Shown: positions 19,760-29,294, counted from the stretch's first letter. The stretch is DNA of 64,000 nucleotides from an uncultured Armatimonadetes bacterium (GCA_963716175.1 OY970296.1:3520001-3584000); one strand, 5' to 3'. Numbers and translations are program-made. The notes: a model not told the origin generated them from the letters alone.

Positions 19760-21411
19760 ACCTGCCCATCGGTCTGCCCAACCTGGGGCGAGTGCGACAG
19801 ATCCTTTCGGTTCTGGTTCTCGACTATGGGTTTGGCTTCTTCTTCGACCAGCTTGGCCTCGGCAGTCTGCTGCCGGTGGGCCGGCGGCGCGGCGTAGCAC
19901 GACAATACGCCCGGCTCTCGGGCCCCGCTCGGCTTCGCCTGGCGCTGGCCGAGCTGGGGCCCACTTTCATCAAGCTCGGCCAGGTGCTGAGCGCGCGCGC
20001 CGACCTGCTCCCGGCCGCGGTGGTGGCGGAACTCCGGCACCTGCAGGACGAGGCGCCGGCCGTCCCCTTCGACCAGATCAGGGGCCGGATCGAGACCGAA
20101 CTGGGCCGGCCGGTGGAGAGGTGCTTCGCCCGGCTCGATGCCGCGCCGCTTTCCGCCGCTTCTCTGGGCCAGGTGCATGCCGCGGCGCTGCCGGACGGGC
20201 GCGAGGTGACAGTGAAGGTGCTCCGCCCCGGCGCCCGCCACATGGTGGAGGCCGATCTCCAGATTCTGTCGGAGGTAGCGCGGCTGCTGCATCGGCAGGT
20301 GCCAGCCCTCCAGGTGTACGATCTGCCGGGGCTCATGCGGCAGTTCTCCAACCAGATGCAGGATGAGCTGATCTATACCCTGGAGGCGCACAACGCCGAC
20401 CGCCTCCGGCAGATCCTCGGAGACGCGGGCATTCAAGTGCGCATTCCAGAGGTGATATGGGAGCTGACGACGCGCCGCGTCCTGACCACAGCGCGGGTCT
20501 ATGGGCGGCGCGTAGACCGCCTCTCTGGGGTGGCTTTCGACCGGGCGGCGGCGGCGCGCGCCCTGGGCCAGGGCCTGCTCCACCAGATGTTTGTGGACGG
20601 CTTCTTCCACGGCGACCCGCACCAGGGCAATGTGCTCTTCGGCGACCAGGGCGAGATCGTGATGCTCGATTTCGGCATCATGGGCTACCTCGACCCTCGG
20701 GATCGCGTCTTGCTCGGCCAGATCATGCGCCACCTGTACCGGCAGGATGTGGATGGGGTGATGGACGCCATGTTCGAACTGGGGAGTGTGGGTCCCGAGA
20801 CCGATCCCGTGGCCCTGCGCAGCGAGCTCACCGGCATCGTCAGCCGATTCGTCACCCTCCCCCGCCGAGACTTCCCGCTGGGCGAGATGCTCACCCGCAT
20901 GCTGCGTGTGCTCTGGCTCAACCAGGTGCGAGTCTCTCCGGAGCTGTCGCTGTCGGTCAAGGCCGTGCTCATGACCGAAGCGATATGCAGCGAGCTGGAT
21001 CCCGATTTCGACTTCCGGGAGCTGGTGCAGCCGGTGGTGGAGGAGGCGCGGGCGCAGCAGCTCAGCGCACACGCCATCTACGACCGGGTGGCGCGGGCGG
21101 CAGAGGCCACCGGCCACCATCTCGGCAAGCTGCCGGGGCAGATAGACCGTCTTCTCTCTCTCGCCGGCCGCGGCGGCCTGCGGCTGCGGCTGGATGATCC
21201 GGGCGCCGAGGCGCGTTGGGCCGGCCTGGGGCGAGCGCTCAACCGCCTCTCCCTCAGTCTACTGGCAGCCGTGCTGTTCTTGAGCAGCGCCATCTACCTC
21301 TCCGGCGCCCGGCATCCCGCCCATGTGGGCCTGGGCGTGGCGGCGGTGGCGGCAGGCGTGGTCCTGGGCCTGGTCGTGGTCTTCTCTCTGCTTCGCCCCG
21401 GTCGCTTGTAG
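19756..21411 (+). CDS. AarF/UbiB (ABC1) family kinase
   Basis: LGPTFIKLGQVLS, AASLGQVH, VKVLRP, FFHGDPHQGN, LDFG; C-terminal TM helices. Confidence 0.92.
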   Translation: MNLPIGLPNLGRVRQILSVLVLDYGFGFFFDQLGLGSLLPVGRRRGVARQYARLSGPARLRLALAELGPTFIKLGQVLSARADLLPAAVVAELRHLQDEAPAVPFDQIRGRIETELGRPVERCFARLDAAPLSAASLGQVHAAALPDGREVTVKVLRPGARHMVEADLQILSEVARLLHRQVPALQVYDLPGLMRQFSNQMQDELIYTLEAHNADRLRQILGDAGIQVRIPEVIWELTTRRVLTTARVYGRRVDRLSGVAFDRAAAARALGQGLLHQMFVDGFFHGDPHQGNVLFGDQGEIVMLDFGIMGYLDPRDRVLLGQIMRHLYRQDVDGVMDAMFELGSVGPETDPVALRSELTGIVSRFVTLPRRDFPLGEMLTRMLRVLWLNQVRVSPELSLSVKAVLMTEAICSELDPDFDFRELVQPVVEEARAQQLSAHAIYDRVARAAEATGHHLGKLPGQIDRLLSLAGRGGLRLRLDDPGAEARWAGLGRALNRLSLSLLAAVLFLSSAIYLSGARHPAHVGLGVAAVAAGVVLGLVVVFSLLRPGRL

Positions 21412-21412
21412 T

Positions 21413-22015
21413 GTGCCATTCGGCTCGCTTGGAGCGCGCGACTTGCTGATCCTCGCCTCCCGATCACCTCGCCGCCAGAGCCTGCTGCGGTCGGCGGGGA
21501 TTGACTTCCGGGTAGTGGCGCCCCCAATGGAGGACGCTACCTCGCGCCGCGTTCGCGGCAGCTACGCGGTGTGGGTGCGGCGGGCGGCTCTGCAGAAGGC
21601 GCTGGCGGTGGCCGCCCACGCGCGCGGCGTGGTGCTGGGCGCGGATACCATCGTGGTGTGCGAGGGCGAGGTGCTGGGCAAGCCCTCCGGCCCCAGTGAT
21701 GCGCGCCGCATGCTCCGAAAGCTAAGCGGGAAGTGGCACCGAGTGTACACTGGCGTGGCGCTGGTATGTGGGAGGCAGCGTCTCCTGGACTACGAGCGAA
21801 CGGAGGTGGCCTTTCGGCGGCTGTCGAAGCGGGAGGTTGATTGGTATGTCGAGACCGGGGAGCCCATGGACAAGGCCGGCGCCTATGCTATCCAGGAACA
21901 GGGTGCAGGCCTGGTGCAGGCGGTGCGAGGCTGCTATACCAATGTGATCGGGCTGCCGCTGCCCACGGTGCTCAAAATGCTGGCTCAGTTCCGGCCTGAA
22001 GATCGAGCCCGATGA
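21413..22015 (+). CDS. maf: Maf family nucleoside triphosphate pyrophosphatase
   Basis: LILASRSPRR, LGADTIV, LGKP, DKAGAYAIQ, NVIGLP; start uncertain. Confidence 0.92.
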   Translation: MPFGSLGARDLLILASRSPRRQSLLRSAGIDFRVVAPPMEDATSRRVRGSYAVWVRRAALQKALAVAAHARGVVLGADTIVVCEGEVLGKPSGPSDARRMLRKLSGKWHRVYTGVALVCGRQRLLDYERTEVAFRRLSKREVDWYVETGEPMDKAGAYAIQEQGAGLVQAVRGCYTNVIGLPLPTVLKMLAQFRPEDRAR

Positions 22016-22098
22016 CGGGACCCAGGCTGCGGCCGGTGAGCGCGAACCGCCGAGGCGCGGCTCGTGCTACGTAGCGAAGCTACTACGCAGAGTAGCAT

Positions 22099-22938
22099 AT
22101 GATCATCCAGCTTCGGAAGCAGTGGAGCCGCTCCCTGTTGCTGCTGGGCATCCTCTGTCTGGCCGCGCTCGGGCTGGAGGGCTGGCAGCGGGCGGCCCAG
22201 CGAGCTGGCGGCGCCATGTGGCTCGATCAGCTGGTCTGCACGGCCGCGTCCCCTGTTCAGCGCGCGCTGCTCCGCGCCTCCCGGGGTGCGGAAGGGGCCT
22301 GGCTGACGCTGGCGGGATCGCGTCGCCTGGCGCGAGAGAACGCTCGCCTGTCGCAGGAGGTGGCCGCTCTCCGCGCCAGACTCGACCGCCTGCAAGAGCG
22401 GTCGGCCGTACTCCGCCGGGAGAACGTCCTGCGCGCCGCCTATCCGACCGCGAATCGCCCCGAGCGGATCGCCCACATCATCGGGATCACGGCCGATGGG
22501 TGGGAGTCTTACCTGGTGCTGGATCGGGGAAGCTCGCAGGGGGTCCGGGTGCGCGATGTGGCGGTAGCGAGAGACGGCCTGGTGGGCCAGGTCTATGCCG
22601 TCGCCGCCCACAGCGCGCGGGTGCTGCCCATCACCGATCCCGCCAGCGGCGTGGCAGTGCGAGTGCAGAGGTCGCGGGAGGCGGGCATCGTCAAGGGCGC
22701 GGGCGAATGGCGCTGCGAGCTGCGCTACCTGGGGCCGCAGGCGCAAGTGCGCGCCGGGGATACGCTCCTGAGCGCCGGGACTGGAGGCGTGTTCCCGAAA
22801 GGGCTGCGGGTAGGCACCGTGGTCTCGGTGAGTTCGGACGCGAGCACCTCCGGAAAGATGGCCGTGGTGGCGCCCGCGGTCAGAATGCAGGAGGTGGAAG
22901 AGGTGCTGCTGCTGCCCCGGTCCGGGCCCAGTGGATGA
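22099..22938 (+). CDS. mreC: Rod shape-determining protein MreC
   Basis: N-terminal TM helix, coiled coil (ENARL), LDRGSSQGV, GLVGQV, GGVFPKGLRVGTV. Confidence 0.9.
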   Translation: MIIQLRKQWSRSLLLLGILCLAALGLEGWQRAAQRAGGAMWLDQLVCTAASPVQRALLRASRGAEGAWLTLAGSRRLARENARLSQEVAALRARLDRLQERSAVLRRENVLRAAYPTANRPERIAHIIGITADGWESYLVLDRGSSQGVRVRDVAVARDGLVGQVYAVAAHSARVLPITDPASGVAVRVQRSREAGIVKGAGEWRCELRYLGPQAQVRAGDTLLSAGTGGVFPKGLRVGTVVSVSSDASTSGKMAVVAPAVRMQEVEEVLLLPRSGPSG

Positions 22939-22988
22939 GCGTTGGATTCGCCGCAACCGCGAGCAGCGCCGGTCGAGGAGATGATGGC

Positions 22989-24176
22989 ATGTTCCATACC
23001 GCCAGTGACAGTGACATCAAGCAGGGCCGGGTGAGCGATGTCTACTTCCAGCACGCGGTCGAGGTGCTGCGGGCGAAGGGCATCAAGCGCCAGGTGCTGG
23101 CTGAGGTACGCGCCTCCTCCCTGCCGGATCGATACCGATGGGGGGTGCTCGCCGGGGTGGAGGAGGTAGCGCAGCTGGCAGCCGGGCTGCCTGCCACCGT
23201 GCGGTGCATGCCCGAGGGGAGCGTGTTCGAGGCGAATGAGCCCGTGCTCTCGATTGAGGGGGAGTACACGGAGTGGGGAGTCTACGAGACGGCGCTGCTG
23301 GGCCTGCTCTGCCAGGCCTCAGGGGTGGCGACCAAAGCGGCGCGCTGCCGGCTCGCCGCGGGCAATCGGGCGTTGATCAGCTTCGGCGCCAAGCGCATGC
23401 ACCCCGCGCTCGCTCCTATGATCGAGCGGAACGCCTACCTGGGCGGCTGTGATGGAGTGGCCGTGATCGCCAGCGCCGACCTGCTGGGGATACCGGCCTC
23501 CGGCACCATGCCGCACGCACTGATCTTGGTGGTGGGGGATGCAGTGAAGGCCTTCGAGATGTTCGACCAGGTCTTGCCCGCGAGCGTCCCACGCATCTGC
23601 CTGGTGGATACCCTGTGTGATGAGAAGAGGGAGGCGGTGGCCGCGGCCGAGGCCCTGGGGCCGGCGCTGGAGGCGGTGCGTCTGGACACGCCCGGCTCCC
23701 GCCGCGGTGACATGGCCGCCATCCTGCGGGAGGTGCGGTGGGAGCTGGACCTGCGCGGCCACCGTCAGGTCAAGCTGATGGTCTCTGGCGGCCTCGACGA
23801 GCAGTCTATCGTGGACCTGAATCCCTATGCCGATGGCTACGGCGTAGGCACCGCGATCAGCAACGCGGCCGTGGTGAACTTCGCGCTGGACATCGTGGAG
23901 ATTGAGCGGAAGCCATTCACCAAGCGCGGCAAGACCTCCGGCCGCAAGGAAGTGCTGCGCTGCCCGGCCTGCGGCCAGCGGCGCATCGTGCCCGCGGGCG
24001 CACCCGCCCAGGCGGACCAAGCCCAGCAGGTGGCGGATCGCAAGTGCCTGTGCGGGGCCGAGATGGAGCAGTTGCTCCAGCCCTTGACCAAGGAGGGCAA
24101 GGCGGTCCGCGAGCTCAGGCCGGTGAAGGAGCTGCGGAGCTATGTGCTGGAGCAGACCGCGGGCCTGGGGCTGTGA
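22989..24176 (+). CDS. pncB: Nicotinate phosphoribosyltransferase (archaeal/QAPRTase-like type)
   Basis: DVYF, YETALLG, SFGAKRMHP, GTMPHA, LVDT, VRLDTPGSRRG, VSGGLDE, GVGT; GAGGAG RBS. Confidence 0.88.
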   Translation: MFHTASDSDIKQGRVSDVYFQHAVEVLRAKGIKRQVLAEVRASSLPDRYRWGVLAGVEEVAQLAAGLPATVRCMPEGSVFEANEPVLSIEGEYTEWGVYETALLGLLCQASGVATKAARCRLAAGNRALISFGAKRMHPALAPMIERNAYLGGCDGVAVIASADLLGIPASGTMPHALILVVGDAVKAFEMFDQVLPASVPRICLVDTLCDEKREAVAAAEALGPALEAVRLDTPGSRRGDMAAILREVRWELDLRGHRQVKLMVSGGLDEQSIVDLNPYADGYGVGTAISNAAVVNFALDIVEIERKPFTKRGKTSGRKEVLRCPACGQRRIVPAGAPAQADQAQQVADRKCLCGAEMEQLLQPLTKEGKAVRELRPVKELRSYVLEQTAGLGL

Positions 24177-24179
24177 CGT

Positions 24180-24785
24180 TCACAGCCCAGCCACGATCAC
24201 ATACCCGACCTGGGGGTCGCCCGAGTAGGTGACGATGGCGTCTCCCGCGCGGGGCGTGCCGCTGCGCAGGTAGAGCTCGTAGCTCACGCGGACATCGGAG
24301 GAATCAGGCAGCTCTTCCGGCTCTCCGATCTTGGCCAACCGCACCGGGGGATTGCTGCCGAACTGCTCTTTCAACCGCTCCCCGGCCTGCTTGCGACTGC
24401 CGTACTTGTCTACCATCGCCGGGCAGTAGAACGCGGCCGCCTCATACTTGCCGGCGATCATCGCGCGCCAGAAACCGCTGACTGCCTCCCGCGCCGAGGC
24501 CGCCGGAGGGGGCGGCGGCTCTGGGCGGGTGAACGCAAAGAGCGCGCCGATCGCGGCCACCGCGACCAGCGCGACCGCGCCCCAGGTGAGCCAGGCCGGC
24601 CGCCGCGGGCGCGGCTTCTTCGCCGCCGCCGCTACCTTCTGCTGCTCGGCGAGCTCCCGTACCGCCTCTTCCACCTCGGCGGCCGGCTGCTCGGCAGTGG
24701 GTTTGCGGGGCCGTTGGAGCTGGCGAAGCGCCTCCTCCAGGTCATCCTGCGACCCGTCGCCGCCCAGATCAATGCGCCTTCGCAT
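24180..24785 (-). CDS. Hypothetical single-TM protein
   Basis: Charged N-terminus, one TM helix (WLTWGAVALVAVAAIGALFAF) and a small soluble C-terminal domain; fills the gap between pncB and the tRNA. Confidence 0.65.
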   Translation of the reverse strand: MRRRIDLGGDGSQDDLEEALRQLQRPRKPTAEQPAAEVEEAVRELAEQQKVAAAAKKPRPRRPAWLTWGAVALVAVAAIGALFAFTRPEPPPPPAASAREAVSGFWRAMIAGKYEAAAFYCPAMVDKYGSRKQAGERLKEQFGSNPPVRLAKIGEPEELPDSSDVRVSYELYLRSGTPRAGDAIVTYSGDPQVGYVIVAGL

Positions 24786-24846
24786 GCTTATCCGCACTTC
24801 CCCTACAGGTTCGTTTCCGGCGAGGCGACTCGCTTTCCTGCTCGGC

Positions 24847-24875
24847 TTGACGTGCACGAACCGGGCTGTTAGACT
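24847..24875 (+). promoter_or_regulatory. sigma70 promoter of tRNA-Arg
   Basis: TTGACG-17 nt-TAGACT with an extended TG. Confidence 0.6.
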
Positions 24876-24883
24876 CGATCTAC

Positions 24884-24960
24884 GCCCCCGTAGCTCAGGC
24901 GGATAGAGCAGGGCTCTCCTAAGGCCCGTGTCGCGCGTTCGAGTCGCGCCGGGGGCTCCA
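24884..24960 (+). tRNA. tRNA-Arg (CCT)
   Basis: GCCCCCG/CGGGGGC acceptor stem, anticodon arm GGGCT-CTCCTAA-GGCCC, TTCGAGT T-loop and encoded CCA. Confidence 0.95.
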
Positions 24961-25218
24961 CTCAGCCAGCTGCGAGGCCGAACGCGGCGCCGCATGGAGC
25001 CCAGGCCTCAGTGCAGTCCCGGCCAGCCTGGTGCGTGCAGGCTCTTGTTCCACACCGACATGGTTCTTTCCAAGACCGGCTTCTCGGCCTTGGGGCAGCC
25101 TGTGCCGCGCGCATCAGTCCCGCCGGGCTATAGCAAGCCAGCCTCGCTGTGAGGTAGGAGAAAGCGCGGGCAGCGGGAATGGTACGGCGGCACTTCCCGC
25201 GGGGATGGTCGCGCTGCT

Positions 25219-26460
25219 ATGGGAAAGGGCGGAACTCGCGACTGGCGTCGGCTTCTCATCACCCTCGGCGTGGTGCTGGCGCTGGCCCAACTGTTCCGCG
25301 CTTTCCACGGAGCACAGACCCGGTTCATCGCCAATGACGGCGACTGGTACTACGCTCACCTTGCCTCCCTGTACTTCGACCACGATCTCGATCTGAGCAA
25401 TCAGATGGCGACCTGGCAGAAGACGGTGGGGGGGCCGCCGCTCGCGGTGGCGACCGGGCGCCCGACGCCCACCGCGTTCACGGTGGGACCGGCGGTGCTG
25501 TGGCTCCCCGCGTTCGCGCTGGCCGATGCTGTGGTGTGGGTGGCTGATAAGGTCCGGCCTCTGATACCCCGCAACGGCTGCAGCATGCCGTATCAGCTTG
25601 CAGTGGCCTGGGCCACGCTGCTCTACGGCCTGATCGGCGTGTGGTTCTCCTTCCAGGCCGCGCTCTGGTGGTGTGGAAGCGAGATGAGGCGGTGGCGAGA
25701 CGGCCCGGCGCTGGCGATTGCTGCCTCCCTCCTGGCCAGCCCCGCGCTCTACTATCTGTTCTTCGAGCCCACCATGGCCCATGGCCTCAGCATCTTCACG
25801 GCCTCGCTTCTGGTCTGGCTGTGGCTGAGGACGGGTCATTCCGGCCGCTGGTGGCGATGGGCCCTGGTCGGTCTCGCCGGGGGGCTGTGCGCGCTGATCC
25901 GGCCCCAGGATGGCATCTTGCTGCTGCTGCCCGCGAGCACCATCTTGCTGTTCCGGTCGTCCGGCCTGCTGGTGCGAGCAAGCGCCCTGGTCGCGGGCGC
26001 CGCCATTGCCTTCCTACCCCAGGCCCTGGTCTGGCAGGCCACCTTCGGGCGGCCTGTGGCCCTGCCTCAGGGACCTGACTTTCTGGTCTGGATCAGGCCG
26101 GCCCTGCTCCAGGTCTGGTTCTCGCCTCACCATGGGCTGTTCACTTGGACCCCGATCTGGCTCGCCGGATTGGTGGGCCTGCGCTTCGTCCCGCCGGAGA
26201 GGCGGCGAGACAGCGTCGCCCTGCTCCTGGTCTTTCTGCTGGAATCTTATGTGAACGCTGCCGCCCGCGACTGGTGGGCCGGCGACGCGTTCGGTGCCCG
26301 GCGTTTCCTCGGCCTTTTCCCTGTCTTCGCCCTCGGGCTCAGCTCACTCGCGTGCTGCCTGAGTCGGCGATCTTACGCCTACGCGGCGGCGGGCATCACC
26401 ATCGCCGCCAATCTTGCTCTCATGGCGGCCTATGTGACCGGGCGCATTCCGCACGGGTGA
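25219..26460 (+). CDS. GT-C-type (PMT-like) polytopic membrane glycosyltransferase
   Basis: DGDWYY in the first external loop, GPAVLWLP, HGLFTWTP, WWAGDAFGARRF; about 10 TM helices. Confidence 0.65.
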   Translation: MGKGGTRDWRRLLITLGVVLALAQLFRAFHGAQTRFIANDGDWYYAHLASLYFDHDLDLSNQMATWQKTVGGPPLAVATGRPTPTAFTVGPAVLWLPAFALADAVVWVADKVRPLIPRNGCSMPYQLAVAWATLLYGLIGVWFSFQAALWWCGSEMRRWRDGPALAIAASLLASPALYYLFFEPTMAHGLSIFTASLLVWLWLRTGHSGRWWRWALVGLAGGLCALIRPQDGILLLLPASTILLFRSSGLLVRASALVAGAAIAFLPQALVWQATFGRPVALPQGPDFLVWIRPALLQVWFSPHHGLFTWTPIWLAGLVGLRFVPPERRRDSVALLLVFLLESYVNAAARDWWAGDAFGARRFLGLFPVFALGLSSLACCLSRRSYAYAAAGITIAANLALMAAYVTGRIPHG

Positions 26461-26513
26461 GGGTGATCGCCGGCCGCGAGGAGGAACCTCCGCCGCTGCC
26501 GAAGCCTGGTGGC

Positions 26514-27074
26514 GTGAAGATCGCCGTCGGCCTGGGCAACCCGGGAATCACCTACCGCAGAACCCGGCACAATATCGGTTACCTGGTGCTGAACGCGCTG
26601 GCCCGGCAGCGCGACATCCGCATTCGTCGCGGCCGGTTCCGATGCAGCCAGGGCGAAGGCGAGATCGGCAAGGAGCAGGTAGTGCTGGCGCGGCCTCTAA
26701 CCTTCATGAACGAGAGCGGGGCCTGCGTCGCCGGCCTGGTGCGGCACTTCGACTGCGCCCTCGGCGACCTGCTGGTGGTCTGCGATGATGTCAATCTCGA
26801 TCTCGGGAAGATGCGCCTGCGGCGAGCCGGGAGCGCGGGAGGCCACAAAGGCCTGATCTCCATCATCCAGCACCTGCACAGCGAGGAGTTCCCGCGGCTG
26901 CGCATCGGTATCAACCGCCCGCCCGAGGGGATGGACATGATGAGTTATGTGTTGGGGCCCTTCCGCCGGGGCGAGTGGCCGACGGTGAACGAGACCATCG
27001 CCCGGGCGGCGCAAGCCGTCGAGACCTGGGTCTATCACGGGATCGAAGAGGCGATGAACCGGTTCAACGCCTAG
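26514..27074 (+). CDS. pth: Peptidyl-tRNA hydrolase
   Basis: VGLGNPG..Y..TRHNIG, PLTFMNESG, GSAGGHKG, RLRIGI. Confidence 0.96.
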   Translation: MKIAVGLGNPGITYRRTRHNIGYLVLNALARQRDIRIRRGRFRCSQGEGEIGKEQVVLARPLTFMNESGACVAGLVRHFDCALGDLLVVCDDVNLDLGKMRLRRAGSAGGHKGLISIIQHLHSEEFPRLRIGINRPPEGMDMMSYVLGPFRRGEWPTVNETIARAAQAVETWVYHGIEEAMNRFNA

Positions 27075-27076
27075 AA

Positions 27077-27115
27077 GCTGTTTCATAACCTTCCCAGGGA
27101 AGGTTATGAAACAGC
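27077..27115. repeat. Perfect 19-bp inverted repeat (palindrome)
   Basis: GCTGTTTCATAACCTTCCC-a-GGGAAGGTTATGAAACAGC, immediately after the pth stop. Confidence 0.8.
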
Positions 27116-27264
27116 ACCGCACAACCTCAGGCCGTGGTAGGCGCATTTCATGCGAGGGCGCGGTGCGGCCAGCCAGCAGATAGGTTACGAAATGCGCTCT
27201 AGGCCCGCCTGCGGCGGGCCGGCGCGGCGGTGCGGACCGAGCACCTAGCCACTGAGAGGTGAGC

Positions 27265-28038
27265 ATGAAGAGTATCAGGCAGCGGGTGTTGAGTGGTGAA
27301 CTCATGGTCGGGACCTGGCTCAATCTCGGCTCCAGCCTCACCGCCGAGATTGCGGGCAGGGCAGGATTCGACTGGGTGCTGGTTGACCTGGAGCACGGCG
27401 CGGGGGATCACGAGAGCCTGGTGCACCAGTTGCAGGCAGTGGAAGGCACGCCGGCGGCGGCGCTGGTGCGCATCGCTTGGAACGAGCCCGCGCGCTTCAA
27501 GCGGGTGCTCGACCTGGGGGCTTCCGGCATCGTGGTGCCCTGGGTGACCACGGCAGCGGAGGCCGCGCAGGCGGTGGCCGCCATGCGCTATCCGCCGCAG
27601 GGGATCAGAGGCGTGGCCAAGCTGAACCGCGCCAACGCCTTCGGCGAGGGCTTCGAGCATTACCTGGCCACCGCCAATGAGGAGCTTCTCACCGTGGTGC
27701 AGATCGAGACCGAACCGACGCTTGAGCGCGTGGGCGAGATCGCGGCCGTGGATGGAGTGGATGTGCTCTTCGTGGGCCCCCTCGACCTGAGCGTCAGCCT
27801 GGGCATCCCCCAGCAGTTCGACCATCCCAGCTTTCGCGTCGCCCTGGCGAAGGTGGTCTCGGCCGCACGGGCGGCCGGCAAGGCCGCGGGTATCTTGCTG
27901 GCCCGACCCGAGCAGGTGGCGCAGACCGTGGCCGATGGCTTCACCTTCGTGGGCCTGGGCTCGGACGGCGGCCTGATGGCCGAGGGCATGAAGCGGCTGG
28001 CCGCCGCTCTGCTCAGCCACAAACAGAGCCCAGCGTGA
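27265..28038 (+). CDS. HpcH/HpaI family aldolase
   Basis: GFDWVLVDLEHG, LDLGASGIVVP, RYPPQGIRG, VQIET, LFVGPLDLS. Confidence 0.9.
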   Translation: MKSIRQRVLSGELMVGTWLNLGSSLTAEIAGRAGFDWVLVDLEHGAGDHESLVHQLQAVEGTPAAALVRIAWNEPARFKRVLDLGASGIVVPWVTTAAEAAQAVAAMRYPPQGIRGVAKLNRANAFGEGFEHYLATANEELLTVVQIETEPTLERVGEIAAVDGVDVLFVGPLDLSVSLGIPQQFDHPSFRVALAKVVSAARAAGKAAGILLARPEQVAQTVADGFTFVGLGSDGGLMAEGMKRLAAALLSHKQSPA

Positions 28039-29000
28039 ACCGGGCCAGAATCGCGGCGACAGGCCCGGTGGATCCGATCGCGGCCGAGATTCTGGCGCCC
28101 TTCGGCGAGATCGTGACTGCGGCCAACACTAGCATGCAGTCACTGCTTCCACTCCTGAAAGGCGCGGTGGCCCTGATCGTCCGCGGCGATGGCCTGGCGA
28201 ATGCGAGCATCATCGAGGCCGCTACGGATCTGAAGGTGATCGGGCGTACCGGCGTCGGCCACGACAATGTGGACATTGCCGCCGCTACCCGCCGGGGGAT
28301 ACCAGTGGTCTTCACACCGGGAGCGTCCGATAGGGCCGTCGCCGAGGGAGCGTTGGCGCTGATGCTGGCCCTGTGCAAGAACCTGTCCTACTGGGATCGG
28401 CAACTCAAGCAGGGGAACTGGCAGAGCCGGCACCAGTCCCGGCCCAGGGACCTGGATGGAGCGACCCTGGGCATCATCGGATTCGGCCGCATCGGGCAGA
28501 TGCTGGCCGCGCTGGTGCGGCCGTTCAACATGACTACCGTGGCCTACGATCCCTATGTCCCCGCGGAGAAGGCGGAAGCGGTCGGGGCCAAGCTGGCTGA
28601 TCTCGATGTGCTGCTCAGAAGCTCTGACTTCATCTCCCTCCACGCTGCCCTCACGGACGAAACGCGGGGCCTGATCAACCGCGAGCGGGTGGCCCTGGTG
28701 AAGCCCGGCGCCTATCTCATCAACCTGGCGCGGGGTGGGATCGTCGCCAGCCTGGACGTCCTCTATCAGGCCTTGCAGGAGGGCCGGCTGGCCGGAGTCG
28801 GGCTGGACGTGTTCGACCCCGAGCCGCCCGATGTGAGCCATCCCATCTTCAAGCTGCCCAACTGCCTCGCCTCGCCGCATGCCCTGGCCATGTCCGAGGG
28901 AGCCATGAAACGAATCTTCAGCTCCATGGCCGAGGACATGGCCGCGGTGCTGCGAGGTGAGCGCCCGCGCTTCGTAGTGAACCCGGAGGTGCTCGGGTAG
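28035..29000 (+). CDS. D-isomer-specific 2-hydroxyacid dehydrogenase
   Basis: GRTGVGHDNVD, GIIGFGRIG, INLARGG, GLDVFDPEPP, SPH. Confidence 0.9.
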   Translation: MNRARIAATGPVDPIAAEILAPFGEIVTAANTSMQSLLPLLKGAVALIVRGDGLANASIIEAATDLKVIGRTGVGHDNVDIAAATRRGIPVVFTPGASDRAVAEGALALMLALCKNLSYWDRQLKQGNWQSRHQSRPRDLDGATLGIIGFGRIGQMLAALVRPFNMTTVAYDPYVPAEKAEAVGAKLADLDVLLRSSDFISLHAALTDETRGLINRERVALVKPGAYLINLARGGIVASLDVLYQALQEGRLAGVGLDVFDPEPPDVSHPIFKLPNCLASPHALAMSEGAMKRIFSSMAEDMAAVLRGERPRFVVNPEVLG

Positions 29001-29050
29001 TCTGCGGCGGGTGTCATCGGCTTCTCGGGCTCTACCGCAGACGCCTCCGG

Positions 29051-29169
29051 TGTCAGGCTGAGTCCGCCAGAGGCGGACGAAGCATCACGCCGCGCGGAAG
29101 AGCCGAACGGCGGGATTCTTCGCTTCCTCCTTCTCCGAGGCTTCGCAGCACGAGCCGCTCAGAATGACA
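29051..29169. repeat. REP-like element pair (TGTCA...GAG...CGAAG / CTTCG...CTCAGAATGACA)
   Basis: Imperfect inverted pair TGTCAGGCTGAG...CGAAGCATC and GATTCTTCG...CTCAGAATGACA, with an internal GTCCGCC-aga-GGCGGAC hairpin. Confidence 0.5.
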
Positions 29170-29216
29170 GCTGACGCGGGCCTGGCTCCTGCGATCACGT
29201 CCCGGCGGCCTCAACA

Positions 29217-29246
29217 TTGACAACCTCCTCCGCCTTCGGGCATAAT
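29217..29246 (+). promoter_or_regulatory. Putative sigma70 promoter of the aminotransferase-serA operon
   Basis: TTGACA-18 nt-CATAAT, upstream of a GGAGG RBS. Confidence 0.55.
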
Positions 29247-29294
29247 CCGGGTGCGCCGCGCGGGGCGGCGCATATCCTTCTGGGAGGATTCAGC

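Noticed and set aside
19339-21120. 593-aa minus-strand ORF
   Set aside because: Antisense shadow of the phasin-like and ubiB-like genes.
22122-22988. Apparent N-terminal extension making a 684-aa pncB fusion
   Set aside because: It overlaps mreC in another frame with low-complexity R/G/P sequence; the RBS supports a start at 22989.
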